A DNA stretch of 64,000 bases from Setoptus koraiensis (taxonomy: Eukaryota; Animalia; Arthropoda). The DNA lies in NCBI GenBank assembly GCA_048013815.1, contig CM106586.1, positions 24,056,001 through 24,120,000 on the forward strand. The letters run 5' to 3'. A model generated the notes under the pieces. It searched no databases. It had not been told where the DNA came from and saw only the letters and a program-made list of their open reading frames with translations. Within the stretch, counting starts at the first letter, position 1. Each line of letters begins with the position of its first letter. The position numbers were made by a program, and so were the translations under genes. This document shows positions 20,980 to 34,200 of this stretch, in pieces.

Positions 20980-22503
20980 ATGGCGAAACCTTTAAACAAG
21001 GTACCTTCAATTATTAGAAAGGTAGGAAATGTGATAGCGTCACAGCAAAAACAACAGGCCACATTAGCTGAATTAACACAGGAGACTGAAGTTGCCTTAG
21101 ACAAATTATTAATCAAGGATGTTGAGACACGCGCCCAGATATTGCAATTAATAGATGCTGTCTTAAATGATGAGATCCACAGAAAGTCCAAGCCAAATGC
21201 AGCACAAAAGACAACTATTGTGGCCTGTTGTATATATTTAATAGCAAAGAAGTTTGCATTCGGAATCAGCATAAGGGATACTTGTCATATATTGGGTATA
21301 AACACCAGAGGATTTAGCGAATGTTTGATCAAGATTAAACAAAAACATCATCCGTTCGTCCACCATGGCACTAGTGTCTGGAAGAATTTGCCTAGAATTA
21401 TCAAACGGATGAACTTTGCATCACAGGATGAGGTAGCTTATATCACCACTACAATCAAGTCAATGATTCGAATTTGCCGGTATCGGGATGCGAGATTCGA
21501 GTATGAAGCAGCTCATGTTACAATTGTATGTGCATTCTTTGCTTGGCAATCCTATGATCCATATGGTATTGTACAATTGGAAACAAATAGATACAAACCT
21601 AGGCAATTCGTCACATTCGATGAGTTTAACGACCATTTCAATGTTGCCAAAAGCAGCCGATCTAACAAGGAAGTGCTCAAAGTAAATGAGATACTTTGTA
21701 AATTAGCCGAACAATACGACCACAATATGATTACAAAAGAATCGTTGGTAGTTAAATTTCAAGCAATACTCAATTATGGTCTAGGTATGATACCAGCAAA
21801 CTCAGAACATGATATCGCTGAAATGGATGCCCACCAGCCTGACGAACCAGATGAAGACAGACCACTTCAGGATAATACTACTAGGAATGGCATCAAAACT
21901 TATTCACGTCTCGAACGAAGTGCCATCAATGTAAACTGCAACGAACGAGCCACCACCTCAAAAACTAACCAATTGATCTCAAATGCATCGACACCTATTA
22001 TTGCCATACAACAAACAGCACGCAGAAAGGACCAACGCTCACCCCGGAAGCAATTTCTGCCTTACACAAAGAACTACACTCATCCTTCCGATAATATACG
22101 TAACGGGGTCTGTGAGCCTTGGACTGCAGAGGAAATATTCGCTGAAATACCGGTACATGAGCGTAGATGTTTTTCTGATCGTGATAACGACAATACCAAC
22201 TTTCACTTTTTGACCGAAAGCTTTGACTTCACCAAGTCTTTATCCTCTCAGATATATGACAACAATTCAGTTAGAACGCGGGAGATTCCCGTTTATAAGA
22301 TAGCTGTCACCCCTGAAGAGGATGGTAAAGATCAAGCGAAAAACTTTTCCATAACTCTGAAAAAGATGATCACCGTCATAGAGTTCGATAACGAAGAAAA
22401 CGTAGCAAAGGAAGAAAAAGTAGAAAGAAGTACTCCCTCGCCTTTGATTCGCGACGACGAAATTTGTGACGAACCCGAAGTCATAGAAATAGACTGTGAT
22501 TGA
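20980..22503 (+). CDS. BRF2: TFIIB-related factor, BRF2-like (two cyclin folds; no N-terminal Zn ribbon in this ORF)
   Basis: IVACCIYLIAKKFAFGISIRDTCHILG and VTIVCAFFAWQSYDP resemble BRF2 VGCCVLITCR..W.LT..IC and VITAATFLAWQSLQP. Highly diverged. Confidence 0.6.
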   Translation: MAKPLNKVPSIIRKVGNVIASQQKQQATLAELTQETEVALDKLLIKDVETRAQILQLIDAVLNDEIHRKSKPNAAQKTTIVACCIYLIAKKFAFGISIRDTCHILGINTRGFSECLIKIKQKHHPFVHHGTSVWKNLPRIIKRMNFASQDEVAYITTTIKSMIRICRYRDARFEYEAAHVTIVCAFFAWQSYDPYGIVQLETNRYKPRQFVTFDEFNDHFNVAKSSRSNKEVLKVNEILCKLAEQYDHNMITKESLVVKFQAILNYGLGMIPANSEHDIAEMDAHQPDEPDEDRPLQDNTTRNGIKTYSRLERSAINVNCNERATTSKTNQLISNASTPIIAIQQTARRKDQRSPRKQFLPYTKNYTHPSDNIRNGVCEPWTAEEIFAEIPVHERRCFSDRDNDNTNFHFLTESFDFTKSLSSQIYDNNSVRTREIPVYKIAVTPEEDGKDQAKNFSITLKKMITVIEFDNEENVAKEEKVERSTPSPLIRDDEICDEPEVIEIDCD

Positions 22504-22631
22504 AATCAACATGGCTAGAGATAGCCATAAGTAAACCATAGTCCAGACACATCTTAAAAAAGATAGAGAGATGACTTATTGATTAGGTTACTTTTATTTA
22601 TCGATAATTGGCATATCATTCGAATTACAAA

Positions 22632-24650
22632 TCAACTTGTCAGCTCACTAAAGGCTCCGCACAATCTGAATTCATCATCACTAATCGTACAGAACATCCT
22701 CTGAGGTAATGCCGCCGTCAAACCGGATGAGAATGGTCTGGATACATTACTTCTAAGTATGAATTCCTTGACTGTAGGCTTATTGTCAATACCAAAATTT
22801 CTGTAGGATCTACCGATAACATGATCCTTAAATACATCTGAATCATTCTGTTTATATCGAGATAGATCGGTATTCTCACCGTGAGGAGGATTCGAGGAAA
22901 GCCTCTCTCTATAATATTTTTGACGTTCAAATAAAATAACTACCAATCTTCTCATATCGTCACCAGGATCATCCGATAATACAGTTTCTGGCTGAACAGA
23001 CAATTTATAGCTCAACACTTTGCATTTATCCTCTAAATCTTTGGCCGAATTATCCAACTCTTTTGCACCATCGATTGTGTCATAGACATATTTGATTGCC
23101 TTGGAGAATAAATCTCTGACAGCTTGAATTTGATACAGTTGCTTCTCATAACGTAGTAGAATGGAGTGAACGGATTTGAATTCTCTTTTCAGTAGTTTCT
23201 GTGTTAATTTTTCCATTTCAAGATACTCATGCTTAGGCCCAACGATATCATCCTCGCTGAACTCTGAGAGAATGTTTTTAAATTTGTCATTGATGACGTT
23301 ACAAGATACTACTAAAATTGCTCTGATAACATCAAGAATAGAGTTATCAGCCTGTTGAATAGAAAATTCCAACAATTCTCCAACAACAGACGCAATTGAA
23401 TTGGGGTAGTTATCACAGCTTACTACTCGCATGGTCCACAGGGGAGCCTCCGCTGGATTGAGATCACTGTGAACTTGCGTATCTGATATTACTTTATCTG
23501 AAAGAGGCGGCCAAAGGGCACTGACGTGTATATACCTTAGAATATTTTGACTATTTTGACTCTGGGTCAATTGTTTTAAGGCTACTTGGAATTGCGAATA
23601 GAACTTACGCTCTCTGGCTAGAGGTGATAGAGATTCTGTTGCTTTCTTAACTGAGCTTACAAGATTACCTAATTCCGTTTGGAAAGCTCGCGAGAAAGTG
23701 ATATCCGTGTTGAGCAGCTCGCTATGTTCTGGCTCGAATGTGTTCAGAATGAAGCTTTCCAGGCAATAGTTAAGCCTTATTGTGGCTGTTATTTGATCAT
23801 TCAAAGTACAATCAATCTTCTCGCGAAACATATTGATCAATTCAGATAGATACTGGTATTTCTCCGAGCTCTGTCTAAAATATACCATATCATACATCGT
23901 TCTTACATTATAGTGTTCTGATACACCCATAAAAAAATTGGATCTCGGATGTCTGATTTGTACAAATGCTGGTACCAAACAATCGATGTTAGCCAAAGCA
24001 ATACTGGCTGACCCTAGTAATAATTTCACCCTATCTTCATTGGCTATAATATAGTCATCTTTCGGAGAAATAATTAAAAAATTACGTTGGTTGTACCACC
24101 TGACTAGACAGTGAACTTTTGACGAGAAATCGTTTTTTGTGTCACACAGATCAATCAAAGTAGTAGGCAGATCATCTGGTAACTCGTGGTCGGCATAATG
24201 TTTTTCGTTTTCTTGAGGATCCGTCACATCTGTATTTGTATTGTCTACACAATCCTGGAATTCATCTGAGTCAGCATCAGACTTTTCGCTGCTAGTATCA
24301 CCAGAAAGAGAGACCTGGCTCGAGCATTCGTCTTTAATGCCAACATGGAGATCATCCTCAGACTCATCCAACCATCTATATTTCAAATCAAATGGGTACT
24401 CTCCAAAATTAATAGTATCGCTACGTTCATACCATCGACCTCTTGAAATTGCTCCTGGTTGAAGAGGCTTATGTTGTCTGCCGGGGCCACTGGTAGATTG
24501 TTTACTTAAATTCCATTGCGTAAGGATGTCCTCCAGATTAGATATAAAACGTTCCCAATCGGAAGCGGTCGTATAATCTGTGATTTCGAACACTTGAGAC
24601 GGATTGTCGTAAGAGGTGTTTGACACAGATCTTTTAGCTGATTTATCCAT
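22632..24650 (-). CDS. RAB3GAP1: Rab3 GTPase-activating protein catalytic subunit homolog, shortened (672 aa), intronless
   Basis: N-terminal FEITDYTTASDWERFISNLEDILTQWNL, HCLVRWY, LHVSALWP.LSD.VISD..VHSDLNP.EAP.W, and C-terminal PTVKEFILRS...PQRMFCTISDDEFRLCGAFS. Confidence 0.92.
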   Translation of the reverse strand: MDKSAKRSVSNTSYDNPSQVFEITDYTTASDWERFISNLEDILTQWNLSKQSTSGPGRQHKPLQPGAISRGRWYERSDTINFGEYPFDLKYRWLDESEDDLHVGIKDECSSQVSLSGDTSSEKSDADSDEFQDCVDNTNTDVTDPQENEKHYADHELPDDLPTTLIDLCDTKNDFSSKVHCLVRWYNQRNFLIISPKDDYIIANEDRVKLLLGSASIALANIDCLVPAFVQIRHPRSNFFMGVSEHYNVRTMYDMVYFRQSSEKYQYLSELINMFREKIDCTLNDQITATIRLNYCLESFILNTFEPEHSELLNTDITFSRAFQTELGNLVSSVKKATESLSPLARERKFYSQFQVALKQLTQSQNSQNILRYIHVSALWPPLSDKVISDTQVHSDLNPAEAPLWTMRVVSCDNYPNSIASVVGELLEFSIQQADNSILDVIRAILVVSCNVINDKFKNILSEFSEDDIVGPKHEYLEMEKLTQKLLKREFKSVHSILLRYEKQLYQIQAVRDLFSKAIKYVYDTIDGAKELDNSAKDLEDKCKVLSYKLSVQPETVLSDDPGDDMRRLVVILFERQKYYRERLSSNPPHGENTDLSRYKQNDSDVFKDHVIGRSYRNFGIDNKPTVKEFILRSNVSRPFSSGLTAALPQRMFCTISDDEFRLCGAFSELTS

Positions 24651-24879
24651 GGTTGTTTTGAGCGAATTGCCTCGATTTGGTAACAGAAAAAATGTTACAA
24701 TTAGAATAATAACCTTTCGTTATAGCTAACGAAGAGAGGCCGGGCGAGCTCGCTTCAAATTTTTATTCTTCTGTTCTGCAAATCAAACACTCCCACACTC
24801 CCACACTCTACCGAAATCTCCCAAAATCTCCCACCCGCGGCACTCTTAGAAACCGTCCCGAAGGGAACACGAACACTAA

Positions 24880-24904
24880 CGAGAACGAGAACGAGAACGA
24901 GAAC
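24880..24904. repeat. (GAGAAC)n microsatellite in the RAB3GAP1 upstream region
   Basis: CGAGAACGAGAACGAGAACGAGAAC. Confidence 0.85.
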
Positions 24905-24921
24905 ACCACAGCTGATTTTTA

Positions 24922-25059
24922 GAAGGGGAAAATTGAATGGGCTTTTTTGCTGCACGGGGGGGAAAGCACACTTTTTCTCCACTGAAGCACACAGATTTCC
25001 GACAACACGATGAAGGGGAAAACTCTATGGAATTTTTTGCTGTAAAAGGGGGAAAGAAC
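24922..25059. repeat. two ~47-bp imperfect direct repeats, 90 bp apart
   Basis: GAAGGGGAAAATTGAATGGGCTTTTTTGCTGCACGGGGGGGAAAGCAC versus GAAGGGGAAAACTCTATGGAATTTTTTGCTGTAAAAGGGGGAAAGAAC. Confidence 0.75.
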
Positions 25060-26155
25060 GAAAATGCATCTGTAAAGACCGGCTCGCTCCGCTCGCCCGG
25101 CCTAATAGGAATGAGAAGAACAAGTGAGACATTCAAGTTTGGATTTCATGATAGAAACCATATGTTTTTGAGATTGCCGTTATGCGAGATGGCAGGAGTA
25201 AAAAAGTGTTTTGCACAGTGTGCCATTGATTATGCGCATTGTGCACAATATCTGGCGCGAATCAAAGTAAAAACTTTCGAATCTCAAGTTTAGTTTGAAA
25301 AGTTTCGAAGGGACCGGGTTGATTGAGGGTCGGAAAAAGATGACCAAATTGTATGTGCATCAAATAGGTTGTTGCAACTATTCAGCATACGCCACCAACA
25401 GGTAAATCTCTGTTAATTTGAACGATCTAATTAGATTGCTCGATAGTTGAATTAGGAATTAAAGAATGATTGGATATTAAGCTGGATGAAACAATTCTGC
25501 CCAAGCTGATACCTGGAGCGTCTTTCTGGCTTAGTACCCGTGACACGATCGTTAGTTCAATTGATATGGCATGAATGAAGGTATTCACATATAGCTGTAA
25601 CTATTCTGAATGCAAGGTGACGATGATCGTGGAAGCGTGCAGAAAGGATTCATTCGACATATATGTATGTATGTATGTTTCAATAGTAATTATGATAATA
25701 CTATACAGGTGATGATGACTAGAAGTTCTAGTCTGTGTTGAGTCTGTTTTGAATAAAAACAAAAACAAAATAATATCACAAAGTTAGGTGTATATGCAAG
25801 CACAAACAATCATCATCAAAAGGACGCAGCTATAGAGAAGATTTATGCTCATGATGATACGTTTTAATCGATTTTTCGAGGTTTCATTTGCCGACGCTGG
25901 AAATAGCTGGCAAGTAGCAGAGTGAAATAAAGTAAAGTTGTTTTCCGATGCATCCCTTTCTGTAGCATCAAGCTAGTGTGTGTTTGAGTTTGTGTAAATG
26001 GTCAATCTTTACCTAAATACAACAACCTGTATACTTGTGTGTGTATGTGTGTAAATTTGTGACTCAGCTGAATAATTATCTATACGCTGATTCGACGGAG
26101 GACTTTGTGAGTCTGATGAGTAAATATCCAAAGAAAGAAACTTTAATGAAAGAGC

Positions 26156-26188
<33 letters not shown>

Positions 26189-29100
26189 TAATGAATAATG
26201 GTCATGACATAGCATGCTCATGTTAACCATTAATTCACTGCAGTGATTCGACCTATCATCGTGATGAATCATGTCTAAATTAATACTTTCTTTTCGCTCA
26301 TTTGGTTGATTGCAAGTTTATAAACAGATGCCGGCACTATAGAAGAGACGCTCGGTTTTTATCACAGGATAAGCTCTGTAGCTTGTATCGTGATGCTTCA
26401 ATTGGCGCATTGGATTTTTCTTTGGATGCAACAACGAATACAATCAACAGTCATCATCTTTCTTATATCATCTGACGACAACTATGACGAATGACTCAAT
26501 GATGTAGCGATGATATAGCGATGATGTTGCGATGATATCGCAACTCATTAATCCAACTGTCTTGTTTGCCATCATGAAACTGTTGCTACTGTTTACCTTA
26601 GACTAGGCCTCATCATCCTCATAGAACGACCATGCTACACACAATGAGAGAATCAATAAATCATCTATGTAGGTGGTCGGTTTCGGCTCTGTCTTGTGCG
26701 ATCATCAGCCATTGAGTCACAACAGGTGAGTTTTGCCAGAGATGAGCAAGATCAGAAAGAATGACAAGTGAGCGAGAGAGAAAGAGCCACTAACCTGGAC
26801 AGAGACTCACTATTCACTCATTCGTTCAACTCGCTTATTCAAATCACATTCATCTTTTCTAGGTTGACTCTTTCCTTCATCACGTCAGCATCATCATGTT
26901 ATAATTAAATTAATGCGATAAGTTGTGAGTGAAAACTATAACGCTATTTTGCATGCCAGACACAGCACAACTCCATCAACTGCATCAGCCATCAACTGCT
27001 GTATAAACTGTGTAAATGTCACTATATTCAATTAGCAAATAATATTAAAACTAACCACTAACTAGCTAACAAGATGTGGCTACTGACACAACTAGGTGTC
27101 GCAAACCCAATGTAATATATTATATCTATAGTAGTAATCTAGTTAGGTGCTAGCTAGATTAGTATATTGAAGATGTTATCAGATAAATGTTGAAATGAAT
27201 TTAAATGATAAAATATTTAGATGGAATGAATGTTGCGCAAATAATAATGAGATATGATAAATGAGAGTAACAACGAGTAACAACGAAGGTTGTTGTTGCT
27301 CGTCGTTCCACGGTAGTTGTTTAAAAAAAAATAAAAAAAAAATCGTGATATCTATTAATAATCAAATGCTCAAGTTGCCTGCTTTGTTGGCTCCTTCCAT
27401 TGGCCAACTGGTGTCCACTGTGAGTGAATTCACTGGATATGTAATGTGGATATGTAATATGGATCTGCAGTTCATCTCAGTTTAGTTGATGATTTGAATT
27501 GAAATTCAAGGCATGGATGGCAATGGTTTGAAACAAAAAAAAAGAAAGCGCTCACAAAAAGAAAGCAAAAGTCTCTAGTTGTCGGGTATCACAACACATC
27601 ACTAGCTAGCAAATAAGCAGCAGCTAAATAAAGACAAAGATAGATAAAGCGATACTAGATACAATAAATCATTGAAGCAGCCAATCTATACAAGTAATGT
27701 GCCAAGCGAGAGAGAGAGAGAAAGTTTGACCTCCACCTTTTTCTCATGTTGTGGCCCGCCGATGCTGGACAGTGCCTATCAAAGAACTCACCAGGTAATT
27801 CAATAGATGCGAATGCGAGCATTAACACTTAACCTGAACAAGATTGAATGATTGAAGGTTTATCTTTTTTTTGCATCAGCGGCAAGACAGCATCAAGCAA
27901 AAATAAAAACATGAAAAAACATATATACAGAGCTTATTCCTGTTGCGCTTGGCTTATCGCATACTTGAAATTGTGTGCGCCTCAATCTATCAGCGGTCAC
28001 TTTTATTTTCTTTCGTTGCTGTTGTTGTTGTAGTTGCTGTTGCTATCGCTGTCGCCGTAACCAGTATAGAGATTTGTTTTGAACTTATTAGAGAAGTGAA
28101 TGACTGATCTGATTTTGACTTGGATGAATTTACATGTTAAAGCGCTTTATGATAACTACACTGCATGATTTTGTCATTCAGCTCAAGTGAATGCAATGAG
28201 TCTGAAAACTGCTCTCTATTCACGATGAGGCCGAGAGTTGTCATGGAGGTACGCCCAAATGAGATGTAACGAATGAACGAAATGAAAAGATGCTACACAA
28301 TTGAGTTGAGATGAGAATTGAGAAAGAGAAAGAGAAAGAGAAAGAGAAAGAGAAAATCTATTCAAGTCGCGCAAATTCAAATATTGTCGAGTGTCTGTTG
28401 TTGTCGTGTAGAGTGATTGACAGCATGTTGCTATAATGATCAAGCAGCCACAAATCGATTGACACAAATGAGGCTCAATTTAACAAGGCTGTCTATTTAA
28501 AAAGTTGTGTCTAGTTGAGCTTTGGGTGAGGGAGAAATAATAAACTATTGAGTTACGTAAACTATTGAGTCTTTCAGCGAGCTGCAACGAACGAAACCAG
28601 ATGAGAAAAGCAACAAATGATGCAACAAAAGATCATCATCGTCTCAATGTTGACCGGTCTAGTTTCATTCATTGTGGTCAGCTACAAACAATACAAGCAA
28701 CAATGAGTCTGTTGTGCAGTATTCAATATTTAGATGCGGCCTAAATGCATTGATGCTTGAGACTGATGCTTCAGTTGAGTTAGCGACACAACAATGACCA
28801 ATGCGGCATCATTAATCATTCAATCAATCAACCAATCGATGAATCACACAATGTAACCAATCCACTCGTTGCCTGTAGCTTGTAGTATGTATCGAGATTG
28901 GTTGTTGTCAATAGCGAGTGTGGCTTTTGCAGGGTGCATAGTCAACAATGATATGATAATAGAAGAGTGGAGAAAAATTGTCTCATTACTGCAATGGAAA
29001 TTTGTGAATGGCCACCACTGACCACCAAATGACAACAACAACAACAATGCCAACAACAGTTATTATTCCAACGCATTCAATTGTGGCCGGTATGGGTATG

Positions 29101-30935
29101 TGTGTTCAATACGAATAACTTATGGGACAATTTTGACCAAACTTTTCTTTGTGTGCAAATTGTTGCGAAAGTTAGCCTCGATTCGAATAATATTCATATT
29201 CTCATTTGATGATTACATGTCGATGATTGTATGCTACAGGCCGGTATAGCCAGATATTTTGCAACAAGTTTTACAGGTTACAGTGACACATACACACACA
29301 CACACCAACACAATAGATGGTTTGATTACGTGAGATTCGATGAATTCGCTGTGGCGAAAAGAGTCGCTTCGCGAGAAAAATAGAGGGTCGACATGTGAGC
29401 GGTGGTCGGTGGCGTTGCCTCATAATCGAACATAAGCATAGGTAATTTTTGTTTATCCTCTCTTCATGTAATATATTTATTCTTTTGCTCATGCTTATGA
29501 GAGAGTTTTTTGCCTATGATAAATGCATGTATGTATATATCTGTGCTTATATTTTTGCATAAAGCCCAAAACAATTTCCACGGCACATATCAGAATAGCA
29601 CTACAATATTAGAATATAATATCAGAAAAGTTGTTGCGATATACCGCAATGGTAGTGTGTGCATTACAGTGAGCATTGAGGCCAGAAGAGCTAGCCAATA
29701 GGGCGAAACAAATGATTGGCCAGTGGACAGGTTGCCTAGCAGCCAAGATAAGAGTATGATAAGAGTTAATGATACAAGTAGACGTATGCTGTTGTCATGG
29801 TTACCATGATTATGGTGAGATAGTAAAGTCACGGAAGCGTCAAAAGCAAATTGTTTAGCCTGAGCATTTGCTTAGGCGCATAGCTTGCCGTTGATTGTGA
29901 TCTCAGCACTCTCACTTGTTATGTAACGCTTTTTTATTGTGCAACTTCAAGTGTTGTAGTGGCCGTTGTTGTTAGCCTTAACGTTGATGTTGTTGCTGTC
30001 GTTGCTGTCGTTGCTGTCGTTGCTGTCGTTGTTGTTGTTGTTGGCGCTGATGATGATGAGCAATGTGGCCGCTGCTGATGATGGCAACAAGTCGGTGATA
30101 GTTGCACAATATAGCAATCAGTCACACGGCAAGTGTGGCAATTGACAACAATCAATTGTAGCTGCCAATAGAGCGAGAAAAAGAAGCTGCTTGCTCAATG
30201 ATGCTTAATAATGAGAACCAATGGAAATTGACGATGACCTGATCGGCGCAAAGGGACCCATTAATTCAATTCACGATAACACTTTACTTGTACTTTTTTG
30301 CTGACGGTGCAATACAAAACCTCTATAAAGTGCCATAGTTGCCATAGTCACATCATAGTAGTCACATGGCTCGGGCACGGTGTCAGTCATTTATGGTCAT
30401 CAGTCAGTTTATCCTAGACAGTTTGCTAGCAGACTGTCTAGACTGTGCTGTGTATGATGGTTGTGAAGACGACAAACAACTGGTTGCCATAGTTACATCA
30501 TAGTTAGAAAAATTTATTATGCTTACATCATATAGTGTGAGAGAATAACGCAACTAAATCCCATCAAAGCGTCATTTTTAAATTGAATTACAATTGAACA
30601 ATTACAATCATCATGGTCAATAGTGTGACTGTCTTTGCATCTGGCACTTGTTAGCGTTGCATAAGTTGTAGTTTCTCATAGTGTGCTACTTATGAGAAAA
30701 TGATAACGTACGCATCACTATCACATTATGATGATATCATACAATACAAATCATAAATATTGACCAACAAATATGCAAATGCTCTTTGGACAGCGATACA
30801 TGATGGCTGATCTTGGTTGGTGTATCAGTGTGATAGATGAGAACTGATGAATAACTGTACTCTGTGCTGGCAACAACAACATCAATTTGGCCAACAATTT
30901 TTACAACAACCTGTTGCGTACGTAATACGCAGCTT

Positions 30936-30971
30936 GACCTACGTTATGGAAATTGTTTCATAACGTAGGTC
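30936..30971. repeat. near-perfect 36-nt inverted repeat (hairpin)
   Basis: GACCTACGTTATG-GAAATTGTTT-CATAACGTAGGTC has 13-bp perfect arms, extendable with a G-U pair. Confidence 0.9.
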
Positions 30972-31213
30972 GTTTCGTTTCATGGGCAATGCAAGATAAA
31001 GAGACCATAACCGCATGATGCAATCAAAATTGACACACAACAAATGCATGCGATTCGAAATCATCTCTATTCATCATAATGATAAATGGTGATCTTGATT
31101 TCTTTCATACATGACAGTGTGAGTGGTCACAATTAAATGACAACAGCGATATATTTTAAATCAATTCAATTCCATTTTGGTTCAATTCCTGTAAGTGCCT
31201 GCAACTTGCTCGA

Positions 31214-31286
31214 CGCGCTTCTTAATACATTATTGCCAGTAGTATTATACAGGTGCCTGACACAGGTAACTGCATTAAGAAGCGCG
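31214..31286. repeat. 13-bp perfect inverted repeat with a 47-nt spacer
   Basis: CGCGCTTCTTAAT ... ATTAAGAAGCGCG. Confidence 0.9.
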
Positions 31287-34200
31287 AATGTAGGTATAGA
31301 TTGAATTGAAGTTAGTGTGTCGAATCTTGCGTTGACCTCTTTCCAATTGATTTAACAAATCGTAAGTCTCACCGCACAAACCTCTCAATTTCTTAATAAA
31401 ATACAAGCAGATTTACCGAAATTCACTTAGGTTATTATGTAAGTTACATGCAGTACAAGTGACATCTGTTGCTCGCTTGTCATGTCAAATGCAATGAGAG
31501 CTAACAATGAGAGCATAACTAATCAAACTGACGCAATCACAAACACTTGCCGTTGCTCTTCAAGCCAGATAATTAATAACAAATAACAGTGCACTCAATT
31601 GATTGACTTCTTTTACCAACTGCATACACACACACATCCTAGATACACCAAATAAATACAAATTATTCAGACACCAATAAATAGTTTGCATACAATGATG
31701 GCCAGAGATTATTACGTAACATTTTGCTGCTTATTATATCAAAAAATATATTTCACGCTCATTCTACAGTGTTAAGCAAAACGAGCTTAACGAGCTTAAG
31801 CTGACAATAACTTGATAGGGAATAAATACAAACAGTAAATAACAGTATACACACAGTTAAACAGTTTGTGTAACAATGTATGTGTAGAGATACAATGCCA
31901 ATTCATCAATCGGTAATCGTTTATAGAAATTGAATATATGAAATTAATGAATCAACATGAACAAACAAACAAAAAAGGGCGCGAAATACCCGATTAGGTG
32001 TATGGCGGTGAATCTGAAATTTATCTAGGCGAAGGTCATGAGTGATGCAGTCAATTTGAGTTAAGTTAATGCGAGAGTGAGTTTTTCACGTTCAAATTTA
32101 CGTTGATACCGTAGTGATAATTGAATGACTAGTTTCAGTTTATCCAGTTCACTTTCTGTTGCCAATCTTTTCTTTTCTTTTCTTCTCTTTTCTACTCTTG
32201 TCGTCGTTTCTTTTCTTTTGCCTTCCTTTGGCCAGCTTTTATTTGTGCTCGGCTCAGCTCAGCTGGTATCGTTTCGCTTCGTCTCGTCTAGTCTTATTTT
32301 GTCTCGGTGCCCGTTTGTTGTCGGCTGTAAACAAACAACAACCGACACTCCAAGGTGAAATGAGCATTATTTATAATGACGCAATCATTGTTGTTTGCAT
32401 CTGGCTAACGCTGGCTAACCAGTCAGTCAGTCAGTCATTCAGTCAGTCGGCCAGCCAGCCAGCCAGCCAGCCAGTCAGTCAGTCAGTTGGTTAGTTAGTT
32501 AGTTAGCGAGTTTACAGGTGAGACAGGGCAAAGTGTTAGCTGGCGGGGTGAGCATATTATTTGCATAACTATTATCGAGGCAGCTCACATATACTGACAA
32601 TGGGATTTTCTTCTTCTTATCGCTCACTTTGTTTGCATGCATATTGTATGTGCAAATTGGCCCAACTCTCTCACTCTCACACATACAGTGTGAGAGATAT
32701 TCAGTTACAGGTAGCTCAACGACAGGTGCTTTCACTTGATCTCTTCGGCTCGCTACTAATTATCTCTGGATGTCTCCGTATGTGATGACTACCTTGCTGA
32801 TCTCACTACACTGCTGATGAGCCCGATAGTGGGCTCGCTTTTGATAAACACAATTGCGTAATATTAGCACTAACAACTTGTTAGTAACGAGTGAGTGTTG
32901 CCAACATGAGCTGCATTTTTGTCTAAACTTTTTGTCATATTCGCTGACATGTGCTGTTATGCGATTATCACATGATAATTATTATTGAGCGATTCTTAAT
33001 TCTTATGAGCAAATGAAACTCAATGCGAGCTAACAAGTTGCAAGTGAAAGTAAAGTGACCATGAATGGACAATTTGTATTTAAATGGTCACTTGTGTAAT
33101 TTGCATCTCACTTATCGCCATCATCGTCGTCATCATTATTATCACCAGTGCATATAATGCATATAGATAATATTTGTAATAGAGCATATGAAAGTTAATT
33201 GTGCATGGTAGCAAATCAAGATCAAATATCCAGTCGCTTGCTTGTTGTTTGTATTTAGCCTGGAAATTATTCCTATTCATCAATTTGCTGATTCACCTGT
33301 CACTGGCATGCTTCTTCACATGCTTACTGGCCGCCTAGTGGATGCCCGATTGATCGCATGATTGATATGTTACTCATGTTATGACTGATGCAATCATTAT
33401 TATTTAACAATTCGAGGGGCCAATAAACTGTCTTGATAAACGAAATTTATCATGATATTAGTTTGCATAAACGAGCCTTGGATGGACGACGTTTGCATAG
33501 ACGACATTTTCATGGGTAAAGTAATATGTCAAAACTGTTGCGTCTACTCTCATCTGTCATAGATCTATCATCTATCATAGATAGATGAGTGCAACCATCA
33601 CTGATGATCTATTATTTAAATCCTTTTCTAGTCTGTGTTGTAATTGCAACAACTCAATGGTAGGTCGTTGTGCCAGTGACACTCCACTGAATAGAGCAAC
33701 AGTTAATAGGGGATGCAGTGAGCTGATGCTTTATCTCGTGCACGTAATGAACTATGCCCAACTGTTCAACTGTTAGTCTGATCACTGATGGTCAACTCAT
33801 TTGCATGCTGCTCAACTGACGAGCTGATATTCAAATTACTATCAATTTCAATTTTACTTTCTCTTTCGATCAAATAGGCACAACTGGCTACCACTAATTT
33901 GCATTGCAATTGGCATCAATATGCATCCAATGGCCAATGTCCAATTACGTGATCGCTCACTCACTTAGACACCATCAATATTCAAATGTTTGTGACCGTG
34001 ATATCACATGCACCTGTCACAACCAACGGGCACCAGATATTTATATATATATTTGTGTTGCAATTACAATTGACCTTTTGTGTCGCTCCTTTTGTGCGAC
34101 TGGTGTCGCTGTCGCTTTCTGTTGTAGCTTGAATTTCTGTTGTAGCTTGAATTTCTGTTGTTAGCTAGCAAATAAACTTATTGTGTTATTATCCGTGTAT

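Noticed and set aside
24755-25293. Overlapping ORFs of 75-118 aa upstream of RAB3GAP1
   Set aside because: They derive from promoter-region repeats and have no protein signature.
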